A stretch of DNA of 64,000 bases from Eimeria praecox (lineage: Eukaryota), in NCBI GenBank assembly GCA_963920595.1, contig OY986948.1:2046001-2110000 (forward strand), in the 5' to 3' direction. Shown piece by piece: positions 39,706-53,790 of the stretch (position 1 is its first letter; each line of letters starts with the position of its first letter). The notes under the pieces were generated by a model. It saw nothing but the letters and a program-made list of their open reading frames with translations, did no database searches and was not told where the DNA came from. A program made the translations under genes and the position numbers.

Positions 39706-40340
39706 CATCACTTTAGGAAAAGGTCAGTTCTACAGGGTCGTAAGCTGCACCAAAGGACGCAAGCCAAGGTGCTGGTGCTATTTGTTTTGGCGCTTGTTAA
39801 GACATGGAAATGCAAGAAGATGCTCATATAAGCGTAACAGAGTCGTCTCCAGCTTGCCCAGTTAGAGGTTTCCACATTTTTAATGACAACAAGAAGGGAA
39901 ACGAACTTGTCCAAAAAAAAACTGAAACTGAAACGCCAGCTTCCGGATCCGGGCCGCTGTCTCAAAGCAGCGGAATTTCTGTATGCGCTGCCAATGCATG
40001 CTCTTGTACACTTGTGATGCATGCGAAATGAGCTTGTGAGAAAACAGCCACATTGCAGCTTGCACCTCTCCTGCCTCTGTGCTGTCAAACAGAGCCTGGA
40101 TGAGGGTCTGAGGGAAGCTAAGGTCAGCATTCTACCGACCCTAAAAGCTGCTGCTGAGCAGCAATAAGCAAAAACAGCAAAGCCACCAGTATCTGGCATT
40201 TCATCGATACAAGGGAGTGCCAAAGCAGAGCACAGTACTTCACAAGGCCCTGCAGGCTACACTCCTTCACTCCTCTGATGGAGGAAATTGCAATCGCCGC
40301 AAACGCCGCGGGCAAAAGCAGCATTAAACAAAAAGATCTG

Positions 40341-42337
40341 TTATACGGGACAGTCCTCGGAAGCCAATAGCCCTTCAGCTTCAAAGCCGTCGTCCTCCTT
40401 TTGTTTGTAGAGGCTCCACAGAGCTGTCTGTGTTTGGTCGGTATTCAACTCAGCCACAAGAAGCTGTCGCAACTCCAACGGGCATTTGTCACGACATTCC
40501 GAGAGGTTAATCAGCCGAACCTGCAGACAACAGAAAGTTGAAGCCTTAAACAACTCAAGATCTTAAGATCGTATCGATACCCTTATCCATACATGCGTAC
40601 AAAAGCAAAAGAAGCATCGTCTCACCTCCCAACCAAGGCGTCGCAGAAGGAACAACTGCAGCAACTTCTTCGGTAACAAAATTCCCTGTCTCCGGGCCCA
40701 CGTATCTGCTGGGAATATAAACGCCAATAGCAATGGCTTGCCCTGCCGCTGCAGCTGCAACGGCTGCAGCACCTGTTGCGGCGGCGACTGCTCTGGATCC
40801 TGCTGCTGAGTACGGGTGCAAGCGACACCGCAAAGTCTCATATTTGCTGCCTGCAGCAGCAGCAGCACAAGACGGGCTGCAGCTCAGACCATGTGTGCAG
40901 CCCCCGAAGCTACAGTACAACATGGATGGGGCTGTCAGTAATGAGCTTCCATGCAGCTCTACACCAAGTCTATGACTCATGTATATTAAATGCATATACA
41001 TATACACTTGTATACTTTGTATATTATATATAAACTGTGACTTGATAATATTGTTCAAGTATTCGTAATGACTTGGCAACAATGTCTCATTTGATCGATA
41101 CATTCGAAGTCCCACTGAACCCCAACAGATCCCCTGCCCCCCTTCTTCTTTCCTCATACCTTTGCTGGAGGCCCCTCAGAGGTAGGAATGAGCTGACGGA
41201 GGATACTTGCTACTTCACTCTCAAGCAAATGCCAATCCCAGCCACCTTTTGTTTTTGGCTTTGCACTCATTGTATCCGACAACTCCTCGCCGACCCCTGC
41301 TACTTCTGCTGCTTCTGCTGCTGCTGCTGTATAGTCTTCAAGACCATCTGCTGCGGCATCAGCTGCTTCATCTGCCTTCGGTGCACCTGACAATGTCGCT
41401 GTTGACTGTGCTGCAGCCATTTCTGGCATACACTCAGCCTCAGCTCCTGTCCGTGCAGCACCTGTAGCAGCAGCAGCAGGACGCGAGAGCGGTGTGTGCC
41501 TTCTCGCCGCAGCTGTTGCATCTAAAAGAGCATCGCAGTCATTCAGAAGCCGTTGTAAGTCAGCATCATGCATAAGGCCCTGCAGCGCAGCAGCAGCAGC
41601 AGCAGCATCAAACCAACGAATGCAGCAGGAAGCCGAGCCATGCAGCAACAGCTCTACGAGAGGGGGCAGAACACAAGTTAAGGGATATAATCTGCACGTT
41701 TTAAATTTTTCTATTAATCCTTAGCATTTGTCAATGCCACCAGCAACCACAAAAGACACAAATAAACAAATACAAGCGTCAATGAGCATCCGTTCGCTGC
41801 TGCAGCCGCGCATGCATTCTTCCTCTAGCAGCAGTTGTGGACTTACTCTCAGAATCTGAGGGCAAAGACACTGTAGTAGGGACACAGTAAACCCCAAGTC
41901 GCCCGTTGCTTCTTCAATCGCAGCACGGGCTCGAGATAGTTGCTGCTGTTGTAGCACGAGCAGCGGCGGATGGAGGCCTTCTGCGGCGGCAGCCTGCTGT
42001 AGTGCCTGCTGCTGCTGCTGCAACCAGGCAGGTGCAAGGGGTCGAAGAGCATGCACAGCAGCAGCTGCAATCTGAAGCAGCAGCTGCAGCGCGAGGCACT
42101 CAAAATAACCCCAGCTGCAGAAGGCGAGAGCAAGACGGCTGCATTGCTGCAACACCTGCAGCGATGCCAGCAGCAAGTGTTTGTCGACTGTTTGCTGCTG
42201 CACCGACTCAGCTGGCAGATTTGAAGTGGCTGTAGATAAATGACTGTGTATTGAATCCACTGACAACTGCGGGGTTGCTGCAGGGTCTTGCTGATGCACC
42301 ATCGCGTGTTGCTGCTCCTGTTGCTGCTGCTCCTGTC

Positions 42338-42386
<49 letters not shown>

Positions 42387-43324
42387 AGCCGTGTGCTGCA
42401 AGGCTCGTCGTAGACGGCACCATGTGTCCTGCTGCAGTAGCAAGGAAGCATTTATTTGGTGCAGCACAGTCCCGATGCGTTGCTGCAGCTCTGCTGTAGA
42501 GACAGTGTGGCTTGATCCCTTCTTAGGCCCTGCCACTCCTCCTGCTGCATCGTCTGCTCGCTCCTGTACTAGCTGCTGGCGCTGCTGCTGCCAAAGGTCC
42601 GCTACTTCTTGAGGCAGCAGGGGGCTGGGGACAGCAGCAACTGCAGCAGCAGCAAACACCGCCACTTGGGATGTATAGGCGAGAAGGCTAGGCAACTCTT
42701 CGCCCTGCGTCAGCCACTCGGCTGGCCAGGGGCCTCCACTCGCTGTTGTTTCTGCTGTTGCTGTTGCTGCTGTTTCTGCTGCATCTGCTGCTGCGGGATC
42801 GCTGCTAGCAAATCGTTCAATATGAGGAAGCAGCAACGACAGCAGTCTCTCGTCAGCTCGGCGTCGTGCCCTACAAAAACGCAGCAGTCCACAGATACAA
42901 CCACTAGCCGCAGAGCAGCAGGAGCAGCAGCACCGGCAGCAGCACCGGCAGCAGCAGCAGCAGCAGCAAGACAAGAAGAAGGAGGGACGCCAGTGGCTGC
43001 TGCACGGCTTACAAGCAACATGCGAGGAGACGAAAGCTCGCCCTTTGATCTCGCGCTGCTGTTGTTTGCTGTCTCAGCTTCCATATATCTGCAAGATATC
43101 TGTGCAGCACCCCCGATGATACACCTGAGAGCACAGCCCCTGCCTGGCCTGTTGCCCCACACCAGTGCTGCTCCTGCTCAGCCCGAAAAGCAGAGAAAAG
43201 AAGCATTTGCTGCTGATGCGGATGCAGCAGCAACGGAAGACTGTGGCGGTAGAGCAGCGAAAACAACGCAGCAGATACCCGAGGGGGGAGGGGGCAGTCC
43301 GCACTCAGCAGCTGCAGCGCAGAC

Positions 43325-43365
<41 letters not shown>

Positions 43366-43618
43366 GAACATAGAGCAAATTATCTAAATGCATGTTGACA
43401 AGTGGAAGCAGGTTAAGGTGTAAGAATTAAAAGAACAGCTAAACGCCGCCACACCTCAGCCACATCGAGCGGTTGCTGTCCTATTGCTGTTTGATTCCGA
43501 ATACGCAGCGCTAGGGCAGCAAACAGCTGCTGCTGCAACTCTTCGTGCTGCTGCTCTTGCTGCTTTGACTGCTGCTGGCTTGCATGCAACGTATCCTCTA
43601 TGAGCAGCGCCTGCAAAT

Positions 43619-43652
<34 letters not shown>

Positions 43653-43728
43653 GCAAGAACAGCACACAAAAAGCTTGACCCCACCGGCAGCTGCCACACC
43701 ACCACAGCAGCAGCAACAGCAACAACAG

Positions 43729-43763
<35 letters not shown>

Positions 43764-44055
43764 ACAGCAGCAGCAGCAACAGCAGCAACAGCAGCAGCAG
43801 CAACAGCAGCAGCAGCAACAGCAGCAGCAGCAACAGCAGCAGCAGCAACAACAGCAGCAGCAACAGCAGCAGCAGGTCCATATTGATTTCCGCGCCCCAC
43901 CCGCCATATATCAATGATCCATTTGACTGTTGGCGGCGTCTTGAGGTCTTGTGCTGCTTGCAGCAAGCTGCTGCTGCAGCTGCAGAGGGCTGTATGAGCC
44001 CATTCAGCAAAAGCATCTCCGCGACGGCGTTGCTGCTGCTGCTGCTGCTGCTGCA

Positions 44056-44088
<33 letters not shown>

Positions 44089-44525
44089 TCGCAGCACGCA
44101 ACTGCTCAAGTGCAGCAGAATGATGCATCTCAAGCCGGCGGAGCTCTGCTGTGTTGCTGCACAGCCAGCACGCAGCATGCAGTCAAACAGATAAGAGTAG
44201 TTTAATAAACATACGTATACACTCAAACAAATATACGAGAGCAGGTATATTAAAACATGTATACTGTCTGGAAGAGGAGACACAAATGAAACAGCAGCAA
44301 GCTTCGTAAGCAGAGAAGAAGAGCAGCAGCAAACCCCACCAGCAGCAACAGCAGCAACAAAACACGAAGACAGCCCCCCTCCCCCCCTTCTCAGCCCCAC
44401 GCACCTCAGGAGTGCATGCAACTCATTAACTCCATATGCCAACGAAGCCATTACTTCCCTCCGCAGCGGCTCCTGCTGCAGGTCTTGCTGCTGGTCTTGC
44501 TGCTGAAGCAGCGCCTCACGTCCTA

Positions 44526-44565
<40 letters not shown>

Positions 44566-45258
44566 GCTGCTGCTGCTTGTCTTCTTCAACTGACGGCGAA
44601 GGAAACCTATTCTGCGGCAGCGCTGCAGCAGCTGCTCAATGCGGCGGAGCAGCAGATCTTGCTGCAGCAACTGCGGCAGCAGCAGCTCACGCAGCACAGA
44701 TTGTTTGAAGTGTTCGTGAGAAAAAGCAAGAGCTGTACGTACACTCGAGAGGCCAAGCATTCTGTTCTTATTTGCTTCTGCTGCCATTCCTTGCTGCTGC
44801 AGCCGTCGCTGCAGCAGACGCCCCCATCTAGCTTGCTGTCGTTCTTGCTGCTTTGTCCTCAAGTGCTGCTCCTGCGGCAGCTGCTGCTGCTGCTGCTCTG
44901 CTGCTGCACGCAAAGATCTCACGATAGCATACTGCTCCGCTACCCGTTGGTGTTGCAGCTGTAAGACCTGTTTCAGATCATGCAGCATCTGCTGCTGCTG
45001 CTGCTGTAGCTTCTGCAGCTGCAGCAGCAGGTTCACTCGTTGCTGCAGCTGGTTGAAGTGCTGCATGGGGCTGTCCTTGATGTAGCTACAAGTATGAAGC
45101 TGTGCTGCAGCAGCAGCAAGATTAGGGAGAACCCGAAACAGCCATAAAGGGCTAACAAACAGAGCTAGCAGCTGCAGCAGTTCGGCTGGGGGGTCTGCCA
45201 GAGGCCCTGCAGTGATGCAGCAGCCGACGCTTATCTGTGTACCTGAGGGAATAAGGGT

Positions 45259-45302
<44 letters not shown>

Positions 45303-45427
45303 TTGTGTTGCTGCTGACTGTAGGAGCACCTCCTGCACCTTCGGTGGGCTGGCTAACACCTTTCTTGGTGTTTGCAGACAAATCGCTTGTCGTGTCTGAA
45401 GGTGCTGCTGCCGTGTTTGCTGCTGCT

Positions 45428-45458
<31 letters not shown>

Positions 45459-45691
45459 CTGCTGCTGCTGTTAGACCTGAGCGATCTGAAAGGGGGGCTT
45501 CTGCAGCAGAGACTCTCTGCTCTAGAGCAGCATAGGCTGCCCGCAGCAGACAGCAAACATCTTCAAGCAGACACACGAGCTGTTGAGGGGTTTGTGGGGC
45601 TGCTACATCTGTGCATGCGCATGCATGCATCTGCCACTGAAGTCTCAGCGCGGCAGCCATAGGATCCTGCTGCTGCTGCTGCTGCTGCTGT

Positions 45692-45722
<31 letters not shown>

Positions 45723-45976
45723 CATTTTGCATGCAGGCTGTGGGGTCTGCGAGAACTCCCGCCCCAATCGTCAGGGTTCGCTGCTGCTGCATCTGCTGCA
45801 ACTGGTGCTCGAGCTGCTGCAACTGGTGCTGCAGCAGCTGCAGCAGCTCCTCATCAGTTTGTCGCTGCAGTTGCACAAGGGGGGCCTCTGCATGCAACGA
45901 AGCGCTGTGTTGAGCAATCTGTTTCTTCACAGCCCTTATCATCGTACCCAAAGGGAGCACGAGTTCTTGCTGCTGC

Positions 45977-46026
<50 letters not shown>

Positions 46027-46211
46027 CTGCTGCATCGGTTGCTGCTGCTTTTGCTGCTGCTGTCCCTGTATTTGTTTCTGCGTGTTTAAAGAATGCACAG
46101 ACAGCGCAGCTGTGGGGGCTGCCAGAGCCAAGAGAGCAGCTCTCTCCTGCAGCAAAGACAGCTCCCACAACACGGTGTTTGGGCTGGTGGTGTAGCTACC
46201 GCTGTACCTGC

Positions 46212-46258
<47 letters not shown>

Positions 46259-46425
46259 TTGCTGCTGCTCCTGCTTTGTCCCCCCCATCTACCCCAGCTG
46301 CGCTGTACAGCCGATTGCTGCTGGAGCCTAAGCTGCTCCTGATACATCGCATGCAATTGCTGCCGCTGCTGCCAGCCACCTGCTGGCGGGCGCTGCAGTG
46401 TATTGTGAGCAGTGTGAGGGCCACG

Positions 46426-46469
<44 letters not shown>

Positions 46470-46597
46470 CTTGCTGCTGCTGCTCGTGCATGCTGAGCAG
46501 GTGGGCATGCTGCTCCTGCTGCTGCAGCCACACGCTGAAGGCGTAGTCCGTGCGGCTCATCAAAGCCCAAGGGTCTGTAAGGCTCCCATATCGCCTG

Positions 46598-46632
<35 letters not shown>

Positions 46633-46924
46633 TTGCTGCTGTTGCCAATGCAGACGCATGCTAAGGAGGGATGGGATAAAGGCGGAGTCTGTATGAAGTG
46701 CAGACAGGAGACAGTGTCCCCGCTGCAGCTGCAGATACACCAGAGCTGCTGTGTTTCCCTCGGGCCCCCAAAATACCTGCAGCAAAGACGATGTGATGCA
46801 GCCAATTGCTGCTGCTGCAGCAGAAAGCTGTTTAGGTGTATGCCCAAGTGCCAGCTGCTGCAGAGTGTGTAGAGTTGACGGATGCTGCAGAGCTTGTTGA
46901 TGCTGTCGGTGCTGCATCTGCGCT

Positions 46925-46959
<35 letters not shown>

Positions 46960-47312
46960 CTGCTGCTGTTGCTGCTGTTGCTGCTGTTGCTGCTGCGGAA
47001 GCGCCTCCCACAAAGAGGCCTCCTTTACTAACCACTGCTGCTGCTGCGCTGCTATCTCCCGCAGCAGCAGCAGTAGGAAGGCCGGCGACCCTCCAAAGAA
47101 ACGCGTTGCTTGCTGCACCAATGCAGGCTCCCTAGATGCTGCCCCTGCTGCTGCTGCTGCTGCTGCTGCTGTTCCTGCTGCTGCAGCTACTGTTGTTGCC
47201 GCTGCTGCCGTCGTAGGCCAATGGCCTCGAGAAGGCAACGAAGTGCTACGCATGCGATCTGCAAGTTTCAGCAGAGTAGGAAGGAATGGCGTCTGTGGCT
47301 GTCTATCACCAG

Positions 47313-47349
<37 letters not shown>

Positions 47350-47532
47350 TGATGATGCTGCATCAGCAGGGCTAGCAGCCGCAGCTGTTGTAGCTTCGCA
47401 GGCAAATGCTCGAAGCAGCAGCATCGCCTCCCACAGCAATGCAGTTGCGATCGGTCTGGTGAAAACCTCCTGGTGTACATACACCTCAGAGAGTGCTGCC
47501 ACAGCCTGCAGCCGATGCAGCAGCAGCCTTTG

Positions 47533-47565
<33 letters not shown>

Positions 47566-48070
47566 TCGATTCCTTGCATCCGAGGGCAGCAAGCCAACGG
47601 TGCGATAGGAGGAAGAAAACAAAAGAGAGAGAACGGCTCCACGAGCTGCTTGCAGCAACTCCCGCCGCAGGAAGGAGAGTTCTACCTGCTGCTGCGGTGC
47701 GATGCTGCTGCTGCTGCTGCTGCTGTTGCTGTTGCTGCTGCTGCTGCTGCTGCTGGTGTTGCTGCCAGCCGGGTGATAGCCTAAATCAGTCCACGAAAAG
47801 ATGCTTCGAGCTGCAGCTGCAATAGTAGATAAAGCTGATGTCAGCCGCAGCAGCAAAGTCTCTCCCTCTCCCTTTCGCAGCAGCAGCTGCTGCAGGTATG
47901 TGTTAGGGTCTCGCTGCAGCAGCAGCAGCAGCTGCAGCAGCTCGCTGCCGACAGCCTGCCGTACGGAAGAACAAGCAGAAGGCCGCAGCAGCAGCTGAGC
48001 ACACTCCATAGGAGCGAGGGAGAAGACTGGGCCCGGCTCTCTCCCCTCCAACACCTCCTGCTCCTGCTGC

Positions 48071-48124
<54 letters not shown>

Positions 48125-48392
48125 CGCCTCTGCTGCAGCTGAGCTGTAGAGCCTCCTTCTTGTACAGCCGCCAGGGCTTTCTTGCTTAAGAACGACAACA
48201 CTGCACGATCAAGACGCGCATACAGCTCATGAAGAGAAGAATCTCGAGGCTGGGGGTCGTAGCTATTCCAGAAAGGAGGCGTCAGTTGCTGCTGCTGCTG
48301 CTGCTGCAGCAGCAGCAGCTGCTGCTGTTGATGCTGCTGCAGTTGGTGTTGCTGCTGGTCTCGTCGTAGAATATACGCAGGGACAGCAACAA

Positions 48393-48427
<35 letters not shown>

Positions 48428-48755
48428 AGGTGGACGGCTCCTTCAGATAACAGCAGAGCCCTATAAGCGCTGAGAGCAGCGTGTCCCTGCAGCAAATGGT
48501 GTTGCTGCAAGAGGTGTATATACACCGGAATTGCAGCAGCAGATGCTGCTAGCTGTATGTGCTGCAGCGGAGTATAATTAGAAATAAGATATAGAAGACA
48601 GCGAATAGCAGCAGCAGCCTCTGTTGGTTGCAGCACATCCAACCGGGAGCCTCCTGCTGCTAGCTGCTGCTGCTGCTGTTGCAGCCATCTTATAACTACC
48701 CCAGCTGTCTGCAGCAGCAAAGTAGGGGGCATACAAAGAGGCGAAGTCTGCCTGT

Positions 48756-48791
<36 letters not shown>

Positions 48792-48879
48792 GGCTGCTGC
48801 GGCTTCTGCTGCGGTGTTGCTGCGGTTGCGGCAGCATATGCTGCAGAGACAGCTGCTCCATTGGGAATACTACTGTGCC

Positions 48880-48918
<39 letters not shown>

Positions 48919-49029
48919 TGCAGCAGCAGGTGCTGCAGCAGCAAGGTTTTTGATTTGTCTCTCTAAACAGATGGCGCTGAACGCCAATACGTTGAGGCAG
49001 AGCCGTAGAAACAAATCTTCGGGGCCTGT

Positions 49030-49073
<44 letters not shown>

Positions 49074-49472
49074 TTGTTGTTGCTGTTGTTGCTGTTGATG
49101 CTACTGTTGCTGCTGCTCTGTCTGTCTCCTTGGCTGCAGCAGCTTCTCGTGTCTGCTGCTGCAGCACTACAGCAGTATCTTGCAGCAGCTTAGTGATGTT
49201 TGCTGCTGCTCTGTAAGGCAGCAACTCCCGCTGCTGCTGCGCTGCTCGCCGCAGCAACCTCCACTGCGAGTGCAGCGCCTCCACGGAAGCAGTACTAGCA
49301 TCACTAGCAGCAGCAGCAGCAGCAGCAGCAGCATTAGCAGCAGCAGCGGCATCAGCAGCAGCAGCAGCAGCAGCAGCAGCACCTCGACTATTTGCCCCTT
49401 TGAAAACTGGAGGGCCGAGCGGGGCGCCGAAAGTGCCTGTGGCACTTCCTTGCAGCTGCTGCTGCTGCAGCA

Positions 49473-49507
<35 letters not shown>

Positions 49508-49687
49508 AGCATGTGCTGCTGCTGCTGCTGCTGTTGCATCTGCATCTGCTGCTGCTGCTGAGGTAGTTGATACGGAGCATTGCTCCACATCGCCACAAGA
49601 GGCCCTCCTCTCTCTATTTGTTGAGGTGAAGAGACAGACAAATTGTTGATGATGCTTCCCTTCTCTATCCATGCTGCAGCTCCAGTG

Positions 49688-49718
<31 letters not shown>

Positions 49719-49791
49719 TTGCTGCTGCTGCTGCTGGTGCTGCTGGTGCTCCTGTAGCGGCTGTACCTGCTGTTGTTGGGGCTGCTGCTGA

Positions 49792-49823
<32 letters not shown>

Positions 49824-49973
49824 TGTTAGCGAGGGGGGCCTCTGGCGTTTCTTCTGAGAATTCAAAAACACTCGGGGCCCCGCGGAAGGGAGTCAAGTGA
49901 GGCCGGCGGTGTTGTTGGGCTGTATAGACACCTCGGCTGTTGTAGTATAATGCTGCTGGTGCAGCAGCAGCAC

Positions 49974-50007
<34 letters not shown>

Positions 50008-50121
50008 TCGCTGCAACAGCACACCATGACCGCCAAATACAATACAGAGATCGCCAGTAAGGCGAACTAGAGACGGCGCCTCTGTCTCTGCTCTTGCTGT
50101 TGCAGCACCGGCAGTCAAGGC

Positions 50122-50161
<40 letters not shown>

Positions 50162-50235
50162 CAGCAGCTTCTCATGCGGGGGCCCCCCGGGGGCCCCCTA
50201 ATAGCCCTTGCCGCCGGACAGGAGAGACGTAGCAT
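40341..50235 (-). CDS. Giant low-complexity protein with C-terminal RAP-like domain, ~2796 aa, 8 exons; probable organellar RNA-binding protein
   Basis: Exons 50235-44405, 44156-43901, 43610-43455, 43311-43013, 42870-41847, 41579-41160, 40850-40626, 40520-40341 join in phase with GT-AG ends. C-terminus LLLAFIFP..W..GILLPKKLLQLFLLRRLGWEVRLINLSE resembles the RAP consensus; N-terminus MLRLSCPAARAIR is Arg-rich and non-acidic; many polyQ/A/S tracts. Confidence 0.72.
43704..43874. repeat. Intronic (CAG/CAA)n trinucleotide tract
   Basis: ~57 consecutive CAG/CAA triplets inside intron 2 of the RAP-like gene. Confidence 0.95.
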
Positions 50236-50432
50236 CTGCAAAAGCAACACTACAACAGCTTTCTTGGGGGCCCCTGTTTAAGAGAGAGGCAGTTGCTGCT
50301 GCTCCAGTAGGTGTTCCTGTTGCTGCAGCAGCGGATGCAGCAGCAGCAGCTGCTGCTGCAGCTGCTGCTGCTGCAGCTGCAGGAGGAGGAGGTGTATAGA
50401 GGTATGAAGCCACACTCGCCGTTTGCTGCGTC

Positions 50433-50467
<35 letters not shown>

Positions 50468-50942
50468 TGCTGCATTCCTGCTGCTTCTCATGAGGCTCAG
50501 AGTTATCTGCTCCAATGCCTCTTTTAAGAAGCAACAGAAGAAAACACAATTTAAATAAAAGAGAGAATGTTGAACGGGCGTATCTGGGGATGGTTGAGTG
50601 GCTTGGGGGCCCCCCCCCCTCCGAGGGGCCCCCCTGGTAGGTAGCCTGGGGCTTGAGGGTAGAGTTTTTGCGTATTTGTTTATTTTGTTTATCTTTTTAT
50701 CTTTAAACAATTATAAAACATTAAGATAGATGCTCTAAGACTCAAACAATCTCCCTCAGCTAGCAGATCGAGGGGCCCCTGTACCCTACAGCCACCGGGG
50801 GGGGGGGGGCCCCCACCCTCCCCTAAGTTTTATTGATTGAAGCTGCAGCAGCGTTTGAAGAAAATAATCTCAGATATCAAATATTCTAAGAACAAGTTTT
50901 ATTAACCCTTAACGGTGCCACGCGGGAAGGGGAGGCGCCCGA

Positions 50943-51000
<58 letters not shown>

Positions 51001-51064
51001 CAGCAGCTGCTGAAGATAATAAATAATACAACAGGAGAAGCAGAAGAGTAACCCTGAACACTAC

Positions 51065-51156
51065 ATGATAACGGATATACTCTCGAGACAGTCGGGGGCC
51101 CGAGGGGCCCCCAAAAACCCGCGAAAGATCCCCCAAGAACAGTTTGTTGCTGCTGC

Positions 51157-51188
<32 letters not shown>

Positions 51189-51811
51189 GCAGCAACAGCA
51201 GCAACAGCAGCAGCATTCAGATCAGTCATAACCACATCATCAAAGAAGATGGGAGAAAGAGAGATAATCGTAGCTGCTGTCCTTCCTCTCGGAATCTGTG
51301 GCTGCTGCAGCCGCTGCTGCTACGAGCGCAGCAGGTGTTTGCTGCAGTTGAATCCGACCTGCAGCAAACACTGCAGCAGCAGCAGCAGCACATATCTCCT
51401 GCTGCTGTGAGGGACCTACAAGCCTTTGCCGATCTCCTATCATCACTTGTTTGTAATCAGGAGGGGCCCCCCGAAGGGCTACAGGGGGGCCCCTCAGAGG
51501 GGCCCCTGAAGCAGCAGCATCTCTCAGCAGCAGCAGCAGCAGCAGCAGCAACACCCGGGGGAGATGTGAGCTGCCTCTCAACAGCTGCAGCAACAACAGC
51601 AACAACAGCAGCAGCAGCAGCAGCAGCACCAACAGCAGCAGCAGCATCTGCAGCATGGGCTCCTTCAACCCCATCTCCCCCTAGCACACAGATTCGGAGA
51701 TTACAAGGAGGGAAGCCTCAGCAGCACGAGCTGCATCAGGTGCTGCAGCTGGAGGAGGAGGAGCAGCAAGAGCAGCAGCAGCAACACCACCAGCAGCAGC
51801 AGCAACAGCAG

Positions 51812-51849
<38 letters not shown>

Positions 51850-52050
51850 CGCTGATCTCATAGGCGCTGCTCGCAGTGAGAAGAGACGAAGGGCCTCTTC
51901 TAAACAAACACAAGCAGCTGCAGCAGACTCAGCTGTAGCTGCTGCTGCATTGGCTGCTGCAGCACCAGCAGCAGCAGCAACACAGCAGAGCAGACGGAGA
52001 CGAGACAGCCCGCGAGATGAAGCCACTGCTCCTCCTGCTGCAGCTTCTGC

Positions 52051-52084
<34 letters not shown>

Positions 52085-52175
52085 AGTGAGCCACCGGCTG
52101 CAGCAGCTGCAGCAGCTGCTGCACGGATGCCTAGGCCTCCCCCAGTAGCACCTCACCCCACACCGCCGCCTTCGC

Positions 52176-52210
<35 letters not shown>

Positions 52211-53089
52211 CCTCCTCCTCCCCCTCCGCCTCCTCCTCCTCCTCCTCCGATTCCTCCGCTTGCTGCAGTACCCCCGCCACCTCCCCCTCCTCCCTTGCCG
52301 TGTTGGGCTGCAGCAGGACCGCCTTCCCAAGCAGCAGCAGCAGCAGCAGCAGCAGCAGGCTCAGCAGCAGCAGCAGGAGGAGCAGCAGCAACCTCAGCAG
52401 CAACAGCAGCAGCAGCAGGAGGAGGAGCAGCAGCAGCAGCAGCAGTTGACTCGCGTCCATTGAGTACGGGTGCAGCAGCAGTATCAAATCTTTCTTCAGA
52501 GGCCCTCGCAGCATTCAACACACTCAGTGAGAAGGAGAGAGAGGAGACAATAGAAATACTAAATGCTTTGTCTCTTCCTTCTATTCTACCTTCAAGTCAA
52601 CACCATACAGAAGACCCCTCGGGGGCCCCCATACCCTCGGGGGCCCCCATACCCTTGGGGGCCCCCATACCCTTGGGGGCCCCCAAACCCTTGGGGGCCC
52701 CGTCAAGCCTCTCTGATGGCCTGGATGGGGGTTTGAGGGAAGGAGCTATGATGAACCCGAGGCAGCAGCAACAGCAGCAACAGCAGCAACAGCAGCAGCA
52801 GCAGCAGCAAGACATGCTGCAGCGGCAATCGACAGGATTAAACAGTTCAAGCAAAGGAGATACTCCCCTGGGTACGAGGGCTTCCATGGCCTTCGAACGA
52901 TATACAGGAGGGGGGCCCCCGGGGCCCCCCTCCTGTCTATCAAGAACTACAGAAACACGTAAGACAGCTGATTGCTCAGATGCTGAAGAGGGAGAAATAT
53001 TAGATTACAGCTATGACGCGAGATCAAACGCCTTCGATGTCTCCGTAGCCATGGAGGGAGAGGACGCTAACGATGGTATGAGGACCCTG

Positions 53090-53127
<38 letters not shown>

Positions 53128-53644
53128 GCAGCAACAGGGTAGGAAGCCTGCTCGGCCTGTAGTAGCAGGCGATGGTTCCTACCACCGCGAGAATGGCAAC
53201 AGCAGCAGCAGCAACAGCAGCAACAGCAGCAGCAGCAGCAGCAACAGCAACAGCAGCAGCAGCACGGCGTGTGTTGGAGGGATGTTTGGCGGTGAGGCAG
53301 TTTCTTCTTCCCAGGGATTGGGGCCCCCAGAATCAAATGTATTAGATGCGTTGATAGCCGCAAGGCCTCTGTCCTCTGAAGCTGTTCTTTGTAATTTATA
53401 CAGTTTGAAGAAGTGTGAGGCGTCAAGACCACAACCTCAGCCACAAAAGAAACAAAAGAGAAGAACACAGGAAGCTCAAGAGAGACATCGTCAACGATGG
53501 GCAGAGATACAACAGAGGAGAGCGCAAGCAGCAGCGAAGCGACAACAAATAAAAAATACTTATTTAGATAAAGAAGAAAATAATAATTATTATACTGCAA
53601 CAAAACCAAATCATGCTTCGTTCGCTCCCTTAACTCCTTGTTAA
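51065..53644 (+). CDS. Hypothetical low-complexity protein, 859 aa (polyQ/A/S, poly-Pro, EEGEI motif, basic C-terminal helix)
   Basis: Long uninterrupted ORF with non-repeat segments between CAG tracts; 18-bp coding repeats GAPIPS/GAPIPL at ~52620-52700; basic tract KKQKRR. Confidence 0.75.
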
Positions 53645-53649
53645 TATTA

Positions 53650-53704
<55 letters not shown>

Positions 53705-53790
53705 AGGTTATTATAACCTTAAGACCCGTACCCTTTACTGTATCGATTCTGCTCACAGATGCAGCTAGCTAGCTAGCTAGCTAGCTAGCT
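53645..53790. repeat. (ATT)n and (GCTA)n microsatellites directly after the stop codon
   Basis: ATT run ~53645-53703; GCTA run ~53764-53790. Confidence 0.93.

Noticed and set aside
43456..44404. C-terminal part of the 2264-aa ORF (poly-Leu, hydrophobic) as real protein
   Set aside because: Read-through of introns and off-frame exons; clear in-phase splice sites give a better model.
41800..53600. Many overlapping poly-L/poly-C/poly-A ORFs
   Set aside because: Shadow frames of CAG/CTG repeats, which lack stop codons.
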